The translations under genes and the position numbers were made by a program. The notes below the pieces were generated by a model, which saw only the letters and a program-made list of their open reading frames with translations, was not told where the DNA came from and searched no databases. Shown here one piece after another: positions 58,360-64,000 of a DNA stretch of 64,000 bases (its first letter is position 1; every line of letters starts with the position of its first letter). The stretch is from Rebecca billardiae RCC1528 (Eukaryota > Protista > Haptophyta): contig OZ251249.1 of assembly GCA_965240325.2 (NCBI GenBank), forward strand, positions 310,001-374,000, in the 5' to 3' direction.

Positions 58360-61300
58360 AAGATGTGCGGGTGCCTTTTCCGGCCACATTCCACGAGATT
58401 TTCTTAAAACTGCACTAGCAACCGGCAGCCAATCAACGCCCGGCCTGCACCAGGGGCGGTGGAGGTCAGAAGAGGTTTTTGTCTTTTTGAGCAACCGCCG
58501 AGCCTTGGTTGAGTCGCTCCGTTCCGACCGGCTGAGCGCCGATCGAGCGGCCCCTCGCGGTTTGTCGAAGTCGTGGACGGAGCGGCGGAGGCCCACAAGA
58601 TGGTCAGGCTCATCTCCGACTACCCGGAGCTCCCGCCGGCCACCGCGCCGGAGCTCGTCACCGCCGCCACGCGGGGAGGACGATTGCGGAATGTCGGCGT
58701 CATCTGGCGCGGCATCAATATCGGAATCGGAGACCATGTCGTCGTGGAGTGGCTGCAGAAGAACGGCAGGCCTTCGGAGCGCGCCGGGCTCGCGCAGGTG
58801 CGCCGCGTCGTGAAGAAGTCGTCGGGGTCAGTGACCCTCATGGTGAAGTGGTTCTACTTCGTGGAGGACTTGCATGGCAAGACGCGCACCGCAGACTACC
58901 ACCCTGCGGAGGTCTACGAGCACATCGGCAACTGGAAGGAGGAGGAGATCGAGGTCGAGACGGTGCATGGCAAGGTGATGGTGTGGAAGAACCTTGCGGA
59001 GTTCCTCGCGCGCGGGGGCGCACTGGACTTCTTCGTGAATGCATGGACCGCGTTCAAGCGCCCGAGGTGCGCCGCCCCGCCCGCGATCCCTCCCTGCGCG
59101 CGCATACCCGCGGCGCGCCAACACCGCGTCTCGTTGTCCGCCCCGTCGTCTGTGATGCCAGGCAGGGCGAGTCCGAGCCGCAGCCGTTCAAGGTCAAGCG
59201 CAACGTGCTGCATGTGGCGAACATGAATCTGAGCGAGCCACCCGAGGAGGTCATCGCGCAGCTCCCGACCGCCCGCATGCCATTCGAGTTCGGTGTCGGC
59301 CTGAAGGCCTGGAAGCAGCCGGACGGCGCCATCGTGCTGCCGACGACGACAGGGGCTGCGGAGGACGGGCAGCAGCGCGGCTACCCGCTGCGGCCGTGCT
59401 TGCTCGGGGAGGCGGACGAGTACGTGCTCGATCTCGGTACGATCGGATCCCGCTGCGCGCGCGCCGTGCCCGCTCCCCCCCGCCGCCCGTGTTGACGCGC
59501 GTCCTGCGCGCGTGCCCGCGCGCGCCGCGCAGGGCGCGACAAGATTGGCATCGCCGCGGACGCCGACCTGGTTGCGGCGTGCGTCGAGTCCGAGCGCCGT
59601 GTCGCGGGCTGCCTCGCCGGCAGTAAGGTGTATCGCCACGTCACCATCGTCGCCATCGAGCACGGCGCGAAGCTGTACCGCCCGCCGGTGGAGGCTGTGC
59701 ACACGCTCGTCGCGCGGTACCGTGAGTTCCTGTGGCGGGAGCCGATGCACATTCGCGTCCGCCAGCAGCAGCAGGCGGCGATCTTCGATCGGCTGCTCAC
59801 GCGCGTCGTCGCGCACTGCCGAGGCTTGCACGCAGCCGAGCGCGCATCGGTCCAGGTCGATGCCACCGCGTACGATGCTGCCGTCATCGACCTCTTCGCT
59901 GAGGACCGCCTGGGCCGCTGGCTGCGCGGCCGGTACGAGCTCGAGCTCGCATCTCACGCGAGCTTGCCGCTCGCCCCCGGCTGGCCCTTCTTCTCGATCG
60001 CTCCGCTGAACGGCAACGCGTCGGACAACTACGCCGAGATCGTCTCTCCCGCCACGACGCTCGCCGAGAGCCCGCACCAGCTCGTCCTGTTCACCGACTT
60101 CCAGTCGGTCATCGGCCTGCGCTTCACCTGGCGTAAGTGGAAGGATGTCACAGCGACCGGCGGGACAATCATCGGCGGCCCGCCGCCGCCAACAGCGGGC
60201 TACCATCCGAATTAGACGCCAGTGGGCGGGGATGTACGTACGGCTGGTAGGCATGACGTAGTCAGTCACGGCTCAGCACCCCAGTCGCACTATCCCGCAT
60301 ATATTGGCGCCATATTCGTTCGTGATACTCGTCATCAGTCTTCACAGTCGGATGAGGCCCGCGCTCGCCGGCCGCGGGCCGCGCGGCAGCCCGGGCCCGG
60401 CGCGGGCTGCGCGGGCCTGACGCGTGCCACCGCCACCGGCCACTGTGGCAGCGCGCGGCGGCGCGGGCCGGATACGGTCGTGCCAGGCTCCGGTTCGGGC
60501 GGGCGGCCGGCTTAGACCCCCCTGCAAGCCCGGCGACGCCACTGCGGGTCACGCTCAGGGACGGCGGCAGAGCCGGCCCACTGACTGGTCTCGCCGCCCG
60601 CGGCTGCGCAACCGTGTCCGTCAGTTCCGCGCGGGCACCAGAACTGCGGAGCATGGCCGCGGCGGCGCGGCCGAGTCGCTGTAACTGGCTGCTCGCGATT
60701 GGGATGCAGCAGCTCCACCAGCGACCAGCCACTTGAAGCATGTACACACTCACCAAGCCTTGCCGCGCGGCAGTCACGTCAGTTGCCCGCCACGTGTGGC
60801 CCGTGGCCGTGCCCGTGGGGCGACCGGCTCAGGCAGCGCAGCGGGGCGGCTCGCGCTCCCTGACTGTCGTTGCGAGCTAGCACGTCTGTTGTCTCACTGC
60901 TTCCCTCCCGAGACCGTGCCCGCTCCTTCAGACGTGCTCGCGCAGCACCCGTGTCGCGAAAGCTCTCGGGCTCGCGCTTGGATGGCGCATCTCATTCGTG
61001 TCGGCTGCCCGCGTGCAGTACAGCCCACGCGGGGCGCAGCCACGGCCCCTTGTCGAGAGGCTCGGATACCCCTGGGATGGCCCAACGACCCCGCTGCCGC
61101 CGCGGCCACGGCGGGCGCGCGCCAACGCTCGCCTCCTCGAGTCGCCGCCCCGGCGGCGGGCGCGGCGGCCCCGGGCCGCCCGCAACCAGACCGGGCCGCT
61201 CAAGAACGCGTATTACCGTGGCGGCCGCGGGTAGAGGGCCCACCCCTTGCCCTCGCGAGTCCAGGATTTGATGCAAGACCGCCAGGCGAGATGATAGGGA

Positions 61301-61440
61301 TTTCGTGCAAGACGGCGCCTAGTCGTGAGGAGCTTTGATTGAAGAAAAAGTTTAGTCAGTCGACTGACTAAACTCATCTCCTCTACAAATGTTCACGAGA
61401 TCAAGGCTAGAAGCGTCCAGAAACGGCACCCGCACATCTT
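58360..61440. mobile_element. TIR-bounded ~3.1-kb element carrying a BAH-domain gene, no transposase seen
   Basis: AAGATGTGCGGGTGCC (58360-58375) is the reverse complement of 61425-61440, extending to ~23/26 identity. Subterminal regions are AT-richer. Confidence 0.6.
58600..60215 (+). CDS. BAH-domain protein with uncharacterised C-terminal region
   Basis: IGIGDHVVV...LAQVRRV...LMVKWFYFVEDL...EVY...IEVETVHGKVMV matches the BAH pattern. Introns 59067-59161 and (59437 or 59455)-59532 give a continuous frame to TAG at 60215. Confidence 0.7.
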
Positions 61441-61923
61441 AATCTTTGAACGGCCCGCCGGCACTCGCGCACCGCAATTATTCATATATCGCTCGTCATC
61501 ATATCGTCATCGTCGTCGCTCGACGACGATCCGATCGGCATCCGACAGCACTCACAGCACGCGAGTAGACGACGCACGGAACTGAGTACTATACGTACCC
61601 GTGCGCCCGCCGCCGCTGTCCGTGCCAGCCGCGGGACCTGACTCGGATGACTGATCCGCGACCGCGTTGTGATGATGATCGACGAGTGATCGATGCGATG
61701 GGCCACGCGCGCTCGATGATTGATATTGGTTACACGCGATCACCGACAGCACCGGACCGTGCACGCGCGCCGGCGCTTCCGACGAACGAAGTCGCAGAAA
61801 CCGTCGCCCGGCGGCCCGGCCGTACGCAAAGGCAAGGCGCCACCGAGCCATGCGGCGGCGGCCCGACCGATCCGTACAGTGATGAGGACGAAGTGCTGCC
61901 ATCGTCCTCGGCCGCGTCCTCGG

Positions 61924-62796
61924 CTAGCAGAGAGCAGCCGGGCACCACGGGAGCGGCACGTCGTTCAAGCCCAAGCCCCCGAAGAGCAGCTCGCGGCCAC
62001 CGTCGTCAGCGCCACCGTGGAGGCCGCCACGGCTCGTCTTGATCTTGCGCGCAGCAGCCGCCGACCGTGCCCCCGCTGAGGCGCCGACCGTCGTCTGTTC
62101 CTTGGCCTTCGTGGTGCGGAGGAGCTTGCCGATGCCTCCCCCGATGACGTCCGCCAGCCGCCGCCTGCTTGCTCCACGGCAGGTGCAGTCAACACCTGGC
62201 ATGAGGAGACTGGATGTTGATGCGGACGTCGGCACTGGCGGCCCCGGAGACGGCGACGCAGGCGGCGGGGCTGGCGAGGGCGGCGGGGCTGGCGAGGGCG
62301 GCGGCGCAAGCGTTGGCTGGGCCGGTGGCGGGGACGGCGGCGGCGAGGGCGGGCAGGCTGGAACGAATGCGTCGAACTCGACCGGCTCGCCTGTGCCGGC
62401 GACGGCTCCACTAGCCACACTTGAGCCGGTGGTGACGACGTAGACGGAATAGCCGTCAGATGCGATGCCGTCGGCCCCGCTGTCGGCGATGTTCCAGATG
62501 TATGTCCCTGCAGCTGTGGTCACCGTCCAGGTCACGGTTCCAGATAGGCCGCTCAGATCACTCTCGGACGCCACCGCAATCCCCAAGGTACTTCCAGCTC
62601 CGTTGCTTGGAGTCAGTGTCCACGTGTTCTCTGCGCCACTTTGAGCGTCAAGCGCGAGCGTGAGATTGATGGCGACCGTGTAATCGCATACTGCGCCGAG
62701 GACCGGAGAGAGAAGCAAGAAGGGGAGCCCGCGAGCCAGGAAGCGCGTTGCCGCGTTCGGGGCAGCCACACGACGACCACGCCGGACGACCTGCAT
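61924..62796 (-). CDS. Secreted protein: beta-sandwich (E-x-x-W...Y-x-W-x-I-x-DSGxDG), SPPP rod, Cys/RRL C-terminal tail
   Basis: Hydrophobic GLPFLLLSPVLG, AENTWTL...GTYIWNIADSGADGI...GYSV, CPPSPPPSPPP, RRRLA, RELLFGG...WCP. Start uncertain. Confidence 0.65.
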   Translation of the reverse strand: MQVVRRGRRVAAPNAATRFLARGLPFLLLSPVLGAVCDYTVAINLTLALDAQSGAENTWTLTPSNGAGSTLGIAVASESDLSGLSGTVTWTVTTAAGTYIWNIADSGADGIASDGYSVYVVTTGSSVASGAVAGTGEPVEFDAFVPACPPSPPPSPPPAQPTLAPPPSPAPPPSPAPPPASPSPGPPVPTSASTSSLLMPGVDCTCRGASRRRLADVIGGGIGKLLRTTKAKEQTTVGASAGARSAAAARKIKTSRGGLHGGADDGGRELLFGGLGLNDVPLPWCPAALC

Positions 62797-64000
62797 TCCA
62801 CGCAGCGGCGGGAGCGGGGCAGCACGCGGAGTCGACACTCGACCAACCACCAACCTCGCGGCGACGACGAGCTGACGACGACTGTGCTCGACGCCGATAA
62901 CCGCCGTGATTCGAATATAGGGACCCACAAATTTAGTTGCCGGCTGCAGCAGGCACGACTTTGTCTCAGCCCGCACGCCCGCTACGCGCCGACCCGGGCA
63001 GAGCCCATCCGCCCGCGCATGCACCAGGCCCAGCCGCGTCAGTACATACCCACCCGGCCGCGGCACCCGCGCTCTGTGCGCCACGGTGTCGATGCGCCCG
63101 GCAGTCGGTGCGCATGCACGAGCCAGCCGGCGGGCAGCTACGGGCTGGTTTTCGGCGTGGAGCGCGGTCGTGTGAGCTGCATTAATTCAGCTGACCCCCG
63201 GCTTTTGTGCATTCGGGAGTCGTGCTGCTACGGTGGGCGTGCCACGCGCCAACTCGACGCTGGCAAAATTAGGCGACGAAAGTGCACGCGCAGCCACACG
63301 CAGCCCATATTGATGCTCTCGGAGCAGGCTCGGGCATGCACTCGATCGGCTCTGGCTGACGGCAGCGCCAAGCTGGCGGCGCGGCGCGAGGGTGCATGCG
63401 TGGCGTGGGCGGAGCTACGTCGCACACGCACCGCGCGGCGCGCGGCTCAGCGCACGGAGGCTGCCGACAGCCGGCGGCACGCAGGCAGGTCTGCTCGCCG
63501 CCAGTCGAGCTCGCCGGCCGCCGGGTACCAAACGTCAACCCAGGATGCACAGCCACGCCTATTTGTGAGGACTCGAGCAATCGGGTCCGGGCGCACCTCA
63601 TGTGCACGGCAGTGGAGTGGGCCAAGTACGCCCCTGGTATGGTGGCGCGCCGCTGCTTTGCTGCGCTGATATGGCGAACAATGTCGGGAGGCTTAAACTT
63701 GTGAGGGACTAAGTGAGCAGCCTCGGCTGAGGCCGTGAGCTGCCGTAGGCTGATCTGACCCGACAAAAGTCGGCGCGCGAGCGCGCGCGCGCGCGGCGCG
63801 GCACCGCCCCGCTGGCACGTGGGCTCGGTGTGCCTGGGCCGCGCCGAGTGCCCCGCACCCCGATCTCGCCCAGCTAGCTCGTCCTCGCCGCGCTCTGAGG
63901 CCCCCGTAGCAGTCGTAGCTGCTCGCCGCCGCCGCAGATCGTGAAGACCAGCTGCTGTCAGCTGCTCGCTCTGAGCCGGGACATGGGGCCGCGTGGAGGA

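Noticed and set aside
60300-61338. Second gene (transposase) in the BAH element
   Set aside because: No DDE, HUH or recombinase motif seen in any listed frame.
1-64000. tRNA/rRNA genes
   Set aside because: No recognisable cloverleaf or rRNA signature by eye; tRNAscan/Infernal would be needed to exclude them.

Overview
Very GC-rich eukaryotic nuclear DNA. It has spliceosomal introns (donors mostly GTGCGC/GTGAGC, some GCGCGC/GCACGG; acceptors ...GCAG; CTGAC/CTCAC branch-like motifs), TTAGGG-type repeats, and proteins with signal-plus-transit-like leaders. This pattern suggests a haptophyte alga, possibly Pavlovales-like (inference only). About 15 protein-coding genes can be modelled by hand. 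They are a 5'-truncated, catalytically dead SWR1/p400-like paralog (1-8266), a PAS-LOV photoreceptor, a PA-7TM-TIR/HET-like receptor, PTRHD1/PTH2, a mitochondrial-carrier-family protein, a histidine acid phosphatase, an RTX-repeat secreted protein, a 2OG-Fe(II) oxygenase, an extensin-EGF-ShKT surface protein, a multi-pass membrane protein, an EF-hand protein, a GPR1/FUN34/SatP channel with an IQ-like motif, an intact 15-exon SWR1/PIE1 ATPase (42229-57604), a BAH-domain gene inside a TIR-bounded element, and a secreted proline-rich protein. Intergenic DNA holds TIR elements, a 755-bp fold-back and two low-GC tandem arrays. The best leads are the motif-by-motif dead copy of the SWR1 remodeler ~34 kb from its active paralog, the PA-7TM-TIR-like receptor, and the TIR-flanked BAH reader. 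Most long ORFs in the supplied track are GC artefacts. All exon boundaries were read by eye and are unverified.
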